A stretch of DNA of 64,000 bases from Azolla caroliniana (taxonomy: Eukaryota; Plantae; Polypodiophyta). The stretch covers positions 13,454,001 to 13,518,000 of the forward strand of contig JBHGNT010000009.1 of assembly GCA_043228905.1 (NCBI GenBank), in the 5' to 3' direction. Made by a program: the position numbers and the translations under genes. Below, piece by piece: positions 33,023 to 47,400 of the stretch. Under the pieces are notes generated by a model, which saw nothing but the letters and a program-made list of their open reading frames with translations, made no database searches and was not told where the DNA came from. Within the stretch, counting starts at the first letter, position 1. Every line of letters begins with the position of its first letter.

Positions 33023-34663
33023 AAATATCTCCTTAAAATTCGACAAGATGTCACGTAGAGCATCTTTCTCAAAATCATCAAATGAACTCTTATCTATAAA
33101 TTGATACAGAGGATCATTGGGCTCTAATATACATGCATAAAATTGTGCATCAACGTTTCGATCATAAGCATAAAGATGATTAACAGACATTAAATTGTTT
33201 ATCGCAATCCCATGAATAAAAACTTGTTGGTTGTTATTTCCTTCAAAAGAAATAGTATGATTTGGCCAATCGATATAAAGACTATGTCTATTATAAAACC
33301 ATATGTAACCACGAACTACATCTACTGTTCGCAAATGCATTACATGAAAAGTCAACTTTTCAATGTAGTTATTTATTACTAGGGGTACACCATGTGCAAT
33401 TAATGAATGCCTTTGAACATGGCCTCCCGCAGTAAGGACTTTGTAGTCGTGGTCACTTTTGGTTGTTTTTATTCCTAGCATCTGCACCATATTAGAGTCA
33501 AGAAAATTATGAGTGCTACCACAGTCAAATAGTATAGTTACACTATGATTGTGGATAGTCCCATAAGTTTTAAGTTTCAAATAATTCAAGAACATACTTG
33601 GATTATTGGAAGTTGATGGCTTTCTTTGCGGATTGTTGGAGTTACCACTCTCCTTTCTCTGCCTACACTCGTTGGCTTTATGCCTAGGCTTCTTACAAAA
33701 GTTGCAAATTATTACCTGCCTTTTCGCATTGTCGCCTTGACCTATCGGAGAAGGTTGGTATCTACATTTACCGCTTTCTCCTTCCAACTCTTTTGGTTGG
33801 TAACGAGATTTTGTGTCAAACAGAATGCGGGCACATTCCATCACTTCTCCCAAGGTCTTGGGTTGATGAGTGTGGATCTCATAATGAAAATCTTTATTAT
33901 GGAAACTATTAATATATAATCCTATCAGTATTTCCTCATTAGATGCCGACAAAAGTCCATGCTTTGTTATCATGTCGTGGAAATATTGATTGAATTGGTC
34001 AATAGTCCTACCCTTATCAGACAAGTGACACATATTTTGTATCACTTGAGAAGTTGTCTTGGGACGGACAAATTCCATCTTGAGAGTCCTTTCAAATGCC
34101 TCCCACGTTCCCAGTTTTCTATCCAACCACTACCACCATGAGTTTGCGGCACCGATCATCTCACGAACCGCCATATCGATCTTTTCAGAGTCATTCTGAA
34201 TATTCTCAAGGCAAAAGTGAGCATTCCATCAGTTTATCCAACTACTCACAAACTCGTGGTTGCATTGCTTATCCTTTCCCAAGAACTGTTGAGGAGTAAA
34301 TGAAGGCTTCTTCGTATTGCTTGATGTGGAAGCGTGTGCCTTTAGCTCCAAAATTTGTTGTTAAAGGTTTTCAAACTGATGCCTATTGGCATCAAGAAGC
34401 CCTTCAAGTTTGGAGGAGAACGTAGTTGTGACCATTGTCATTGACTTGACAATATCATCTTGCGTTTTACAAAAATCATCTCTCGTGACAAATTCGATAT
34501 CGTCGTTAATATCTTCGTCACGGACCGGAGATATTGGTCGGTCGTCCTCATCTCGCATAGGAGAAATTGGATGACCTTGACGGGTGGGAGATGTGGGATG
34601 TGTCGAAAAATTACGATGGTTAGGAGATGTGTGATGTGCGGAATTACGAGAGGAGGAAGCCAT
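33023..34663 (-). pseudogene. gag: Chromovirus gag and protease
   Basis: CNFCKKPRHKANEC, ILFDCGSTHNF; continues into RT across the nested insertion. Confidence 0.88.
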
Positions 34664-35704
34664 GAAAAATAAGGAGAGTTGAGAGAGGAAGGAAATAAGT
34701 ATAGTAAAGTCTAAAGTACTAAAGTATTATAAGACTTTAGAATTTGGATGAGGGAGTGAAATATGATATATTATCATGAGATATAATACTTATATACCTT
34801 TTTACATTCAAGTCGGTGAGGATAAAAGACCCCCCTATGATATATCACATTTAGGAAATTATCCCCTTTTTATCTATTTTAATTCCTAGATTAGACATTA
34901 GGAAATAAGACCCCCCCTTTTTAGGAAGTCGGTGATGTGTAGTTGGTCACCACCTTTGTTAAGGTAATCCCTCAAATTCTTCCAAACTAGGAAATTCTCC
35001 TTTTTTAGTTAAAGAAAATTCCTAGTTTAGGTTTTAGGAATAAACATCCCCCCTTTTTGGAAGTCGGTGGGAATAGCTTGTGATTTCCACGAGAATCACT
35101 GCTAACAAACAGGAGTGATGATCAAAACATCCCTTCAATCATCATCCCCCTATTCTTCCCATCCATCTCATAGTCATGCTTCCCTCTCAGAGAACTAATT
35201 TTTTCCCTTTATCTCTCTCCTTTACATCGATTAATAATTGATGATGATCTTATTCCTATAATCCTATAATCATCCTCATAATCAACCATATATCACCCAT
35301 ATAATCCATCCATAACGCTAATGATCTGTTGTTTATCCATCCATCATTGTGTATCAAAATGCACCTGTGGTAATGGATGATTATGGCCATACGAATAAAC
35401 CTCAAGGTCGATGATCAATTGATTATCGCCAATCAAAGATCATCACCCTAGTTCTATCGGCCAATTTTAATTAAAATGATTATGAATGATCACTCCATAT
35501 ATATGATGATCATCAATTATTTCCTCAAAAATTCGACGATCAAGCATCACCTATGGTATATTAGGTGGCCGACACTTCCCCAATCCATCATTTAACATAC
35601 ATTAGTACGTAAAAAAAAAAGTACATATTTTCCCGTCCTAAAGCACATAACGCGAATCCAATCAAACATTATTTTTTTAGGATTAAAACCGCTCTAATAC
35701 CATA

Positions 35705-36106
35705 TGTAATAACCAAGATCATTAATCCTAAAATAAAGATATAAATGACACAATCATACTGAAAATACGCGTTACCACCCATCCGCCCCTGCGCCAGAGT
35801 CGACAGTGCAAACGAGGAATCCCGATCTATCCCGTACCAGCCAGGATCTCCACGTCAGGACCTTGGTAGATGACTAGTCCACATAAAAGAGAGCTTCGTC
35901 TAAACCACTCATGGGGCCTCCCCCTTAACTAAGGAGAGTCTCCCCTATTTATAGGACCTAGGCCATGTAATGACATCTATTTGACCAATCATGTACGGGG
36001 TACCCTATGACAGACATTAGGTAAGTCCAATAAAGCTGACGACTCGACTCAGATATTACAGTATGATAGCCCCCAAATAAGCACGTCTAAAACAATGAAC
36101 ATTACA
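35705..36106 (-). repeat. 5' LTR of the chromovirus
   Basis: Followed on the minus strand by TA-TGGTATTAGAGC (Met PBS). Confidence 0.95.
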
Positions 36107-36111
36107 GGAAG

Positions 36112-36815
36112 GTCGACACAGAATGTTGGTATTGTGGTAAGAAAGGCCACAAAGAAAGCGAGTTGATTCAGACACATCCAGATCCGGCAACGTCGGACAA
36201 GGAAAATGGCAAAGGTTGCACTACATAGAAAGATCGCAAGGATTCGGAACCGGGAAGACCGGTAAAGGACCAACCTTCATGATGAAACACAAGGCCAACT
36301 CAATGAACAAGACCACTTCCGGATCAGAGGAAGTATTGTACGTTGATTCCGGAGCATCTAATCACATGACGAGCCATGAAGAGTGGTTCTCGTGTTTAGA
36401 GAAATCGGAACAACCAGGAATTGTTGAAACCAAAGACAAAACGCCTCACCTGATTGTGCATGTCGGAGAAGTCCCTTTAAGCCATGCCAGACAAAAGGGA
36501 AAGTTGATGAACGTACTTCATGTTCCAACAATCACAAAGAACCTGGTGTCAGTCAGACAAATCGTCGACCAGGGAATGCAAGTGCGGTTTACGCACCTCG
36601 GGTGCTTCATCGAGGAAGAGGGCCGGATAATCACGCAAGGGCGCAAAGATAGTAGGATGTTCAGCCTCAACACCAATGACATAGGCATCACCTTGTTTGC
36701 CAAAAGACTGAAGACTGAATCAGACATCAATCTCTGGCACAAGCAGATCAGCCACGTCAACTACCGAGGCTTCAAGACCTGCAATCGAAACAGGTTGTTC
36801 TCGGATTGCCGAAAT
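36112..36815 (+). pseudogene. Continuation of the first Copia: zinc knuckle, protease, pre-integrase
   Basis: CWYCGKKGH, YVDSGASNHMT, LHVPTITKNLVSV, LWHKQISHVN. Confidence 0.88.
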
Positions 36816-37620
36816 TGTTGGGAGACAGGTCCCTCTGGATGGGAAGGGAGAAGAACAGAGCCGACGAACAGAGCCGAAACCGGAAGAGGAGTACCCGGCT
36901 ACGGAGAGCCAGATGGTGCAGACCCGGTGAGAACCGGATGAGGAGTACCCGGCTAGGGAGAGCCGGACGGTGCAGACCCGGTGAGAACCGGATGAGGAGT
37001 ACCCGGCTACGGAGAGCTGGATGGTGCAGGCCCGGTGAGAACCGGATGAGGAGTACCCGGCTACGGAGAGCCGGATGGTGCAGGCCCGATGAGAACCGGA
37101 TGAGGAGTACCCGGCTACGGAGAGCCGGATGGTGCAGACCCGGTGAGGAATGCTCACCGGATGAAGAGACATATTCGTAAATATGTTTCTAAGAGTCCAT
37201 CGAGGCTATATTTGTAAATAGTCGAAAAGTCATATTAGTATAAATATGACTTAGGGCAAACTTATAGTTACTGTTGTCGTTATTTTCTTGTTGGTGCAAG
37301 AAGAGAGAGCGCGTAATAGTGTACAGAGAGACAGAGAGAGAACGAGGTCGTTGCCTCTGCTGTAACCGCCGCCTGTGGCGAAGATCGTGAGCACGAGGTT
37401 GTTGCCTCCGTGAACTCACTGTTGTACATTCTAGCATAGTGATAGTTTGCAGCCTGTGGGCTGCCGTGGTTTTTTCCCTAGTTTGGGTTTTTCCACGTAA
37501 ACATCCTGTGTACTCTTCTCTCCTTTGTGTCGCGTGTTTTCCGTTTCCTGTTTTCTGTGTATGATTCTAAGCTCGGTTGTGGCCGAGCGTTGTGCATAAG
37601 GAGCGTTGAAGTTCCCGTCA
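36816..37620 (+). repeat. 5' LTR of a second (Tnt1-like) Copia
   Basis: TGTTGGG..CCCGTCA, then AT-TGGTAACAGAGC (Met PBS). Confidence 0.85.
36886..37147 (+). repeat. About 5 x 54-bp tandem repeat in U3
   Basis: Units start at 36886, 36940, 36994, 37048 and 37102. Confidence 0.95.
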
Positions 37621-37649
37621 ATTGGTAACAGAGCGAAACGACACAGAAA

Positions 37650-40600
37650 TTGGACGAATCGTTTGGCGGCATGTTCAAGCTCACCGGCTCCAACTATTCA
37701 GTGTGGAAGTCGAAGATGAGGGACATGCTCGTGGTTAAAGACCTCTGGCTGCCAGTTTAGTTCGGGGACAAGAGACCGGACAAAATCGACGCCGTGATAT
37801 GGGAGGTGATGCACATGAAGACAACGGCGTACATACGGTGCTTCATCGACATGAGCCTGTACAACAACTTCAATGAGGAGAGCAAGGCTCATGAGCTCTG
37901 GGAGAAGATCGGCATAATGTTTTGAAACAAAAATGTTGTTAATCAGGTTTCGGTATTCCGGAAGCTAGTAAGACTCCGGTACCAAGATGGCTCCAGCATA
38001 GCGGAGCACATGAATGCCTTCCAGGGGCTGATACACTAGGCAACATCATTGGAAGTACCTCTCGCCGACGAGTTACTAGCGCTACTCCTGCTCGGTTCCC
38101 TCTCGGATAGCTGGGAGACGTTGGTTGTCACTTTGGGCAACGCCAGGCCGGAAGGAAAGCGGTTATCCCTAGCAAGAGTAAAGTCGAGCTTGCTAGATGA
38201 GGAGGCGCGTCGGAAAGATAAAGATACGAGCTCCGACTCCAAAGTGCTCCTTACCGAATCGGAACGTGGAAGACAGAGAAATTGTAGTCCCCAGAACCGG
38301 GAGAAGTCGGGGACACGGTCAAAGTCAAGGGGGAGGCCCACTTGCTTCTATTGCGGCAAGCCGGGACACTTCCAAAAGAACTGTCGGCATTTCCGTAAAG
38401 ACAAGGAAACCGACGGTACCGATTCGAAGCGGACCCCGGACCGGAATGGTAAAGACCGGAGGGGAACGACGGCAATCGCGGCAAGTGAAGAAGAGTTGAT
38501 GCTCATCACCGAGGAGAGTGAGATAAACCTTGCTGGCGACGAGATGACCTGGGTGGTAGACTCCGGAGCATCGTTCCACCTTACCCCGAACCGGAAATGC
38601 TTCTCATCCTACTCAGCCAATGATCACGGTTGTGTCCGGATGGGGAATGAAGGTACAATGTCATGCCGAATTGTCGGCATAGGAGACGTGTGGCTGTCAA
38701 CACCAACCGGATGCAAGTTGCTGCTGAAGGATGTCCGACACGTTCCGGAGGTTCGTCTGAACCTGATATCAGCCGGTCGGCTAGATGATGAAGGCTACAC
38801 TGGTAGCATCCGGAACGGTGTCATGAAGTTCAGCAAAGGGAGCCTGATTGTGGCTCGGGCCCGGAAGGTCAACACACTGTACCTGATGAATGCCCGGTTA
38901 TGTTCGGCAGAAGTGAACGTGGCATCTGACACTGCCGGTGAGCTGTGGCACAAGAGATTGTGTCATATGAGCGAGAAGGGGATGAGGAGGCTTGCAGACG
39001 ACAACCTCATTCCAGTGAAGAACGTGCACTTGGAGAAGTGCACTGATTGTCTAGCCGGTAAGCAAAACCGGACCTCCTTCCGACCAAGGCCACCGATGAG
39101 ATGTAATGCACCACTGGAGTTGGTGCATACGGATGTGTGTCAGGTAGACACGAAGTCACATGCCGGAGCGCAGTACTTCGTGACTTTCATAGATGACCAC
39201 AGCCGGAAGTTGTGGGCCACACCGTTGAAGACGAAGGATCAGGTGCTATCCGTCTTCAAAGAGCTCCACGCGAGAGTGGAAAGAGAAACTGGCCGGAAGC
39301 TGAAGGCGGTTCGAGCAAATAACGGAGGAGAATACCGGGGGCAGTTCGAGGAGTACTGCCGCTCGAAGGGAATCGGACTCGAATTTACCGTGCCGAAGAC
39401 ACCGGAACTAAACAGGCTGGCCGAGAGGATGAACCGGACCATAATGGAGAGGGTCTAGAGTATGCTAGTGCATGCAAAACTACCCAAGAAGTTTTGGGTT
39501 GAGGCACTGTCGACGGCGACATATGTGATAAATAGATCACCCTCAGTACCCTTGGATGGAGACACGCCACAGAGAGTGTGGACTGGTAAGGAAGTATCCT
39601 AGCGGCGTCTGAAGGTGTTCGGGTGTCTCGCGTACGTGCATGTAGCTAAGGACCGGAGAGGAAAGTTAGATCCAAAGACCCGGCCATGCATATTCCTCAG
39701 TTACAGTGACGATGAGTTCGGCTACCGAGTGTGGGACCCGGTCGACAAGAAGGTATTCCGGAGTCGTGATATTATCTTTATGGAGGACAAGACGCTCGCC
39801 TACTGGGAGTCGGAGAAGAAGATAATGGACTTCGAGTCGACCGGTAAGGATTGACTCTACGATGAGCAGACCCAACCGGCGAGAGACCGGTTAGCACTCG
39901 AAGAACCAGCCGGATACGGTGAGGATACCGAATAGGCTGAAGAAGAAGTAGAGGAAGCCGAAGCCGGAACCGGCCAAGACCCCGAATCAGATTCAGATGA
40001 AGAGAAAATGGAGGAGCCGATTACCGAAGCCCGAAGACAGAGATATCCTCTCAGAGAGAGAAGGGCCCCCCAGAGATTTCCGGATGCAGAGCATGTTCTA
40101 CTGACCGATGAGGGGGAGCCGGAAAGCTTCGAAGAAGCGAAGGATGACACCCACAGCCGCAAATGGTTAAGTGCCATGCAGGATGAGATGGATTCCCTAC
40201 ATGAGAACCATACATACGAATTGGTGGAGTTGCCGAAAGGAAAGCAGGCACTCCGAAACAAGTGGGTGTACAAGTTGAAACCGGGAGATGCTTGCAACCC
40301 CCCGAGATACAAAGCCAGGATCGTGGTGAAGGGGTTCTAGCAGAAGAAGGGCGTGGACTTCGACGAGATATTTGCCCCGGTTGTAAAGATGACCTCCATC
40401 CGGACGGTGCTGAGTATAGCGGCAAGCATGGACCTTGAGGTAGAGCAGCTGGACGTGAAGACGGCATTCCTTCACGGCGACCTCGAAGAGGAGATCTACA
40501 TGCAGCAACTGGAGGGATTTGTGGAGAAAGGGAAAGAGCACCTGGTATGCCGGCTGAAGAAGAGCCTCTACGGGTTGAAGCAGGCCCCCCGGCAATGGTA

Positions 40601-41435
40601 CTGGAAGTTCGACTCCCTCATGACCGATCAAGGGTACCACAAGACGCAGGCCGATCAGTGCGTGTTTGTGAAGAAGTTCGAAGGAGGCGACTTCCTGATA
40701 CTCCTTCTGTACGTGGATGACATGTTGATCGTCGGATGGGACCAAGCCAAAATACGGATGCTGAAGAAGGCCCTCAACTGGACTTTCTCAATGAAAGACT
40801 TGGGTCCGGCAAGACAGATGTTGGGGATGCATATTATCCGAAACCGGTTAGCGAAGCAATTATGGCTATCACAGGAGAAGTACGTGACAAAGGTGCTTCA
40901 CCGGTTCAACATGTCAGATGTGAAACCGGTTGTATCGACACTTCCGGCAAACTGCAGGTTATCCAATAAGCAAAGCCCGAAGACGAAAGCAGAGAAGGCG
41001 GATATGATTAAGATTCCATATGCCTCTGTCGTCGGGAGCCTAATGTACGCAATGGTGTGTACTCGACCGGATATAGGATATGCAGTCGGAGTGGTGAGCC
41101 AGTTCATGAGCAATCCCGACAAGGAGCACTGGAACGCGGTCAAATGGATACTCCGGTATTTGAAGGGCACTTCAAATATGTGTCTCCGATTTGGCTCCGG
41201 AAAACCTCAACTTGACGGTTTCACCAATTCGGACATGTCGGCTGATGTGGATACCAGCCGGTCTACATCCGGGTATGTAATGACATATGCAGGGGGAGCT
41301 GTTTCGTGGCAATCGAGGTTGCAGAAGACGGTTGCATTATCAACCACGGAGGCGGAGTACATGGCAGCTGTGGAAGCCGGCAAGGAAATATTATGGATGA
41401 AGGACTTCATCAGAGAGCTCGGTATCCGGCAAAAG
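37650..41435 (+). pseudogene. pol: Tnt1-like Copia gag-PR-INT-RT-RH, 3'-truncated, with several in-frame stops
   Basis: CFYCGKPGHFQKNC, WVVDSGASFH, WHKRLCH, LELVHTDV, AERMNRT, QLDVKTAFL, LYVDDML, STTEAEY. Confidence 0.93.
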
Positions 41436-44400
41436 GAACAACGCACGATGTTTGAGATTTCGGCGGCAGTAGTGCGGCTCGTGCAACCGAACGGGCAATT
41501 CAATGGGAAAGATGTGTCGCAGTATTTGCGAGATTACAAGGCGGAAATGCTACGGTGCGGGATTTCGGAAGGATTGCAAGTGACATCCTAAACCCTAAAC
41601 CCTAAACCGGGCGGTCGACGGGCTTCAAGGGAGTATCCACAGTACACGGCAACAAAATCCGACGTGGGAGGCATTTGAAGAGGTGCTAAAGACCACGGTT
41701 GCCATCGAGGACTCCTCCAAGGCAACGAGGACGGGATCCGAAGATTGGGTGGAAACACTGGATAAGGGGATGAAGGTCCTCGATGTGTTTTCGTCATTCG
41801 AAAGTTGGTTTAGGAGGTGTTCTGTGAGAGATCAAGCTATCCTCGCACCGTACAAAGTGATCATGTTCCTACGAGCTGTGGACATCCGGGACCGGAAAGA
41901 ACTTGGAGTGCTTTTGGAGGACACGACCATTGAGAGTTGCCTCACCGAAACATGGGAAAGCATGCGGGATATCGTCGTGTGATACACGAAGAGGGGGCAA
42001 TGGCTTGCTAACGAAGAAAAAAGGGTTTCGGAACCGATTCCAAAACCAAGATCCGGACTGGAAGACCATCAACAGTGGGCTCGGGAGACTATGACCGAGA
42101 AGGGAATCGACGCAACCACGGTAGAGCAGTTGCTGAAGGAGATGGAGAATCTAAAAATCGTGATGGTGAAGAAGTCAGATGACCATCCCACAAGCTCCAA
42201 ATATATGGACCGTCGGTGTATATGGTGTGATAGCACTGAACATGATCGGAGGGATTGCGACGAGCACAAGGAGGTGTTACGACGAGATCTTATCTAGTAG
42301 GAGGGAAATCAGATTCATTCGATGGACTCTCAGAAGCCACTCCGACCGAACTTCCGGAAAGGTGGCATGAAGAAGGTCCTAGAGGAGGAAATTGCGGTGA
42401 AAGGTAATTATGCGACAACCGTGGGAATAAGTGTGGGTGAGTCATCAGGAGCAAAGGCGTCTTTTTGGCCTGATGTGCTAGAAAACCCTGAGAAAACCGA
42501 CTCCAATGAGATCCGAAGCACCGCGGAAGGCATCCGTGAAGCTACGGGATGGGAGTGCCACGTCGATAAGAATAGCGTGTACGCCTAATGTCAATTGCAT
42601 GAAGTGTATATAGATGAGAAACGACGGTGCACGGATGATGCGGTCGAACCATCGAAGACACCGGAAAGCTGGAACTTTGGAGGGAAGGGAAAAGAAATTA
42701 CGATTCCGGCATTCAAGCTCGCCTCAGACATAGAAAAACAAACATACTTGAAAAAGGTGTTCGAGGAATTACTTGGAATAGCGAAGAAGGAGTTCCACGA
42801 TCTTCTTGTGGATCTCGTGAAGAGAAAAAGACAAAGTACGGAGGAAAATGCTCCAAGGGTGAATGCAAATACTGTTTTAATGAATGACACCGAATTGGAG
42901 GACAAAATTCTGAACTCCCACTACACAAGGCCACATTGGGTACGTGCAACTACAAAGACTTCGGTCCGAATTGGCAACATCAAAGAGCCCGTGCTAGCAT
43001 TGATTGATCACGGATCAGAGATCAACTTGATGTCCAAGGAGTTCTACCGGAAGGTGAAGTGGCCTATTAACACTAACCATGGATGGAAGATCCGAGCAGC
43101 CACTAAAGCAATGGAAGATCTATTTGCAGCTTGTCCGGATGTGACGGTGAACATCGGGGATGTCAAGATCGACCAAAATTTCTTCGTACAAGATGAGGTC
43201 TCACATTCCGTGATCCTCGGGCAGCCCTTTATCACGGCTTCACGGATGGAGACAAAGGTGCTCGATAGCGGTGTGGCTTTCGCACGAATTCAGAGCCAAA
43301 GCGGAGGGAAATCCGTCCAATTCCTAATTGTGCTAACAAATCATGAAAGGAACAAGAGAGAGCTCTTGTCCCAAACAAAGATGGAGTTTTAGAGCAGACT
43401 GTTGCGGAATGGGGAAGTGATAGTCCAAGAAGCTCTGATACCCCACACAGGAAGAAAACTCTTGGAGCAAAACAAGTACAAATCGGTCCGGATGGGGCAT
43501 CTACGTACACGGCCGTAACCGGAGGAATGAAGAAAGAATACCGAAAGGTAGAGGATAAGTTATGGTCGACATCAATAATAAAAGAAGATGAAGAAATCGT
43601 GGGAGTAGTCGAAGAAGTGTTCTATGGGAGCACACTACAACAGCTTGAAGAGCTTGCGAAGGTAAATAGCTAGGGAGACCGGGTAGTTCCGGTGGAACCA
43701 GTCGAGATGTACGAGATCATTGTGAAAATGGGGCTCGATGCGCTCCACGAAGAAGAAGCAATGGTAAGTATGAAATACAAGACCGTGGAGAAGAAAGTGG
43801 AAATGTCCGCAGGACCGCTGCCCACCGATAGCGAACAAAGGAGGAAAGAAGTCTCGGGAGATCCGACACTTCGAAAGTTCGTGGATATCGGACATGCCTT
43901 CATGGATGAGACCCGGAAGAAACTTCGGATCGGTGGAGGTGGTTTCCTTTTACAAAATGAAGAAGAACCATTCCATGGGATTCTGGAACAATAGTGAAAG
44001 CATTTGCATTCACATTGAAGGAGATAGGGTGCGTTGATCTGATGGTGATCTTCACGCTTGACCATGTGCCGTGGAACCTGAAGCCGATTCCAGTGCCGCG
44101 GGCGCATATTCCCAAAATCATCGACTTGCTCAAGGAGAAGGTGGCGATGGGGATTCTAGAGCCATCAAACACTCCGTACTCAAATCGATGGTTTACGGTT
44201 CCGAAGTAGAATGGGTGACTCCGATTTATCCAATACTTGCAACCAGTGAACAAGGTCACGATCCGGAACTCCGGAGTCAGTCCGATAGTGGACGAATTTG
44301 TGGAAGCATTTGCCTGTCATGCGATATACTCCATCGGAGACCTATACTCGGGGTATGACCAATTCAAACTAGCCTTGGAGAGCCGAGACATCACTACCAT

Positions 44401-47400
44401 CCGAACACTGATAGGATTAGTCCGAATGTGCACACTACCACAAGGAGCGACAAACTCGGTGGCACATATGATGAACGCGATGAACAAGGTGCTTCGAGAT
44501 TGCACTCCGGAGATAACGATGCCGTTCCTAGATGACATTCCGATGAAAGGATGCGTCGTAGAAGAAAAAGATGAAACTATGGATGATCGGGGATACCGAA
44601 AGTTCATAGTCGACCATATTCGTGATTGCGAGAAAGTGCTTCGAAAGTTAGAAGATGTGCACCTAACACTTTCCGGGGAGAAATCAACATTCGGGCCAGA
44701 AGAGATATTGGTAGTCGGACATCTATGTGGGCCCTAAGGCCGAAGATCGTCACCAACCAAGATCGATGCGATTCAAGCTATGAAAGAAGTATGCAAGTCA
44801 CAATCCGAAGTCCGAAGGTTTTTGGAGCTTGTGCATTTTATCACATATGGATTCCGCACTATGCACATATTGCGGACCCACTCTATCACTTCTTGCGGAA
44901 GGGGAGGAAGTTCGAATGGAAACCGGAACACACCAAAGCCATGAAGAAGCTCAAGAAAACACTACGAAGGGTTGAAGCACGTAAGAAGCCGAGCTATGAG
45001 CAACCAATCATAGTAACGGTTGATACAAGTCCAACCGGGATCGGATGGGTCATCAATCAAGCCGACTCGGATGGGTTGCGATATTTGATCCAATTCGGAG
45101 CAAAGGTTCTCAACGAAAGGCAATGCAGGTATGCTCAAGTCAAAAGAGAATTATGGGGATTCGTGTCGGAAATCAAATCGGATCGAGATTATTTGATCGG
45201 AGCCGAAGTAGTGATCGAAACGGATTTTCTTCCGATACTCGGGATGATGTGGTGTTGCACGATACCGGATGTGGCTATGCTAAGATGGATTGCATATATT
45301 AAGTCACTTAACCTGGACGTATGACACATCTACCGAAAAGACAACGCTATACGGATATGCTATTCAGGGCTTGGTTCGGAGACGACATAGCCGAATCCGA
45401 TAATGAAGAAGTTTCTGAAGACTACTTTACTTCGGAGCACATATGCCGAGTAAACGTAATCCGAGAATTCCGAGAAGAAGAATACGAGGGAGAAAGCTTT
45501 ATGATTAGGAAGGTACTACAAGAGATTGAGGAATCACCGGACGATAAAGAGAAGAGAGCCGAGATCCGAAGGAAGAAGAGGCAAGTCCAAAAGTTCTTCT
45601 TGAAAAATGGATTAATATGGAGTTAGCCGAAAAGACCGGATGGCATACCACTTCGGGTAGTCGGGATGAAAGAGCAACGAAACCGGATAATGTCCGAGTT
45701 TCACGAATCTGATTGGGCTGGACATCGAGGGACATGGGAAACTTTTGTGAAAATCAAACAAAAATATTGGTGGAGTTCACTGAAAGCTGCGAGAAGTGTC
45801 AAATCTACTCCGGAGTTCGACATCGATATGAGTTAAATCCGACATTCTCACCGACAATCAACTTCAAATGGATGGTCGACATTGTAGCCATGCCAACCGG
45901 GATCGGACAAAAGAAGTACTTGGTGTTAGCTCGGGAAGATCTCACAAATCAAGTAGAAGGTCGGGCGCTACGAAGGAAAACGTGTTCTGCGGTATGCCAA
46001 TTTTTTTGGAGGAGGTGTTTTGCAGGTACGGGTGCGTAGGACAAGTGATTGCAGATCGGGGAGAACTCAACTTTGATAAAGCTAAGGAATTCTTCACCAA
46101 ACATGGAGTTCGGTTAACACTAACAACGGCATACAATCCGGAGGCCAACTAGAAAATTGAACAATGACATAGTCCGATCGTCAAAGCATTGGCCAAAGCA
46201 TGCGACGGAAGGGTGAAGGATTGGCCGCAGATACTCTCGTATGCACTATGGGCGGATCGGACGATGCATAGCTCTGTAACCGGTTATATGCCGACAGAAC
46301 TTATGACCGGCCAAGCACCGGTAATGCCGATGGAAACCGTGATTGTGCAATGGACAATGCTACCGTGGAAGGAAGAGATGAGCCAGGAAGAACTACTAGC
46401 GGTCTGGATACAACAACTAGAGGGAAGACCGAAAGACATAGCGGAAGCAACACGCCGACAACAAGAAGCATGATTCCAGAACAAAAGTCGGTTCGACACA
46501 AAGCACCGACTATGACCACAAAAGATTGAAGAACGAGATTGGGTGATTCTCTATGATAGTAGTTTGGATCATCAACATAAAACGATACGAAAGTTCGCAA
46601 AAAGGTGGTTCGGGCCATACGAGGTTCGGAAAGTTTTCGACAACGGAACTTAACGACTATGCGAGGTGGATGGAACGATACTATGAGTGCCTATAGCGGG
46701 GAAACGGGTAAAGATCTTCAAGAAGCAGACTAACGATGAACCCTATGTAACCCTAGACAAGACCAACAATGAGGAGCAACCGGACGAAGATCACGATAAT
46801 GCGGAAAGCGAGGAAAGCGGACTTCAACTCGTAGTTGACATAAGGGGAGAATTGGAGAGTGCTATGGATGAAGGCGAATAATGAGCATCGGGAACTTCGG
46901 CACATATCGGAGGATGTGCGGGTTTGGAGGGGGCGAGTGTCGTAGTGTAATTCGCACACTACATGAAAATTGCATTTTTGTTCCTCCGGATGGGGTAAGG
47001 AGGACCTGGTAAGGAGAACCGGTGAGAACCGGATGAGGGAGGAACCGGTAAGGAGGACCCGGTAAGAACAGGATCAAGCAGAACTGGCATGAGCCGGATA
47101 AAGAAGGCCGGTGAGAGTCCCTCACCAGATGAAGAGACAAATTTGTAAATAGAAGAAAAGATTGTTACATGCATAGGGCAAGATTCGAACCCTATACCGC
47201 CACGTAGACAGACCCCAACCTTACCATTGTACTAACTTATCCTAAGTGTTTTAGATATAGATTTAATACATATAAGAACTTTATTTACGCCTACCTTTAT
47301 TAAAAGGTAAGTCATGCATTTTTTAGAATGTGTGAATACTTTATTTATAAGAAAAAAATGTACACCAATAAAAAATTACTCGTGCGCATCTAGCAAGCAT

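Larger units (their letters stand above)
20977..36106 (-). mobile_element. Chromoviral Ty3/Gypsy element, degenerate and rearranged, 5-bp TSD GGAAG
   Basis: LTRs 20977-21373 and 35705-36106; GGAAG at 20972-20976 and 36107-36111; Met PBS 35691-35702; PPT at 21374-21388. Confidence 0.93.

Noticed and set aside
36886-37147. Repeat-protein ORFs (18-aa units on both strands)
   Set aside because: By-product of a 54-bp tandem repeat in an LTR.
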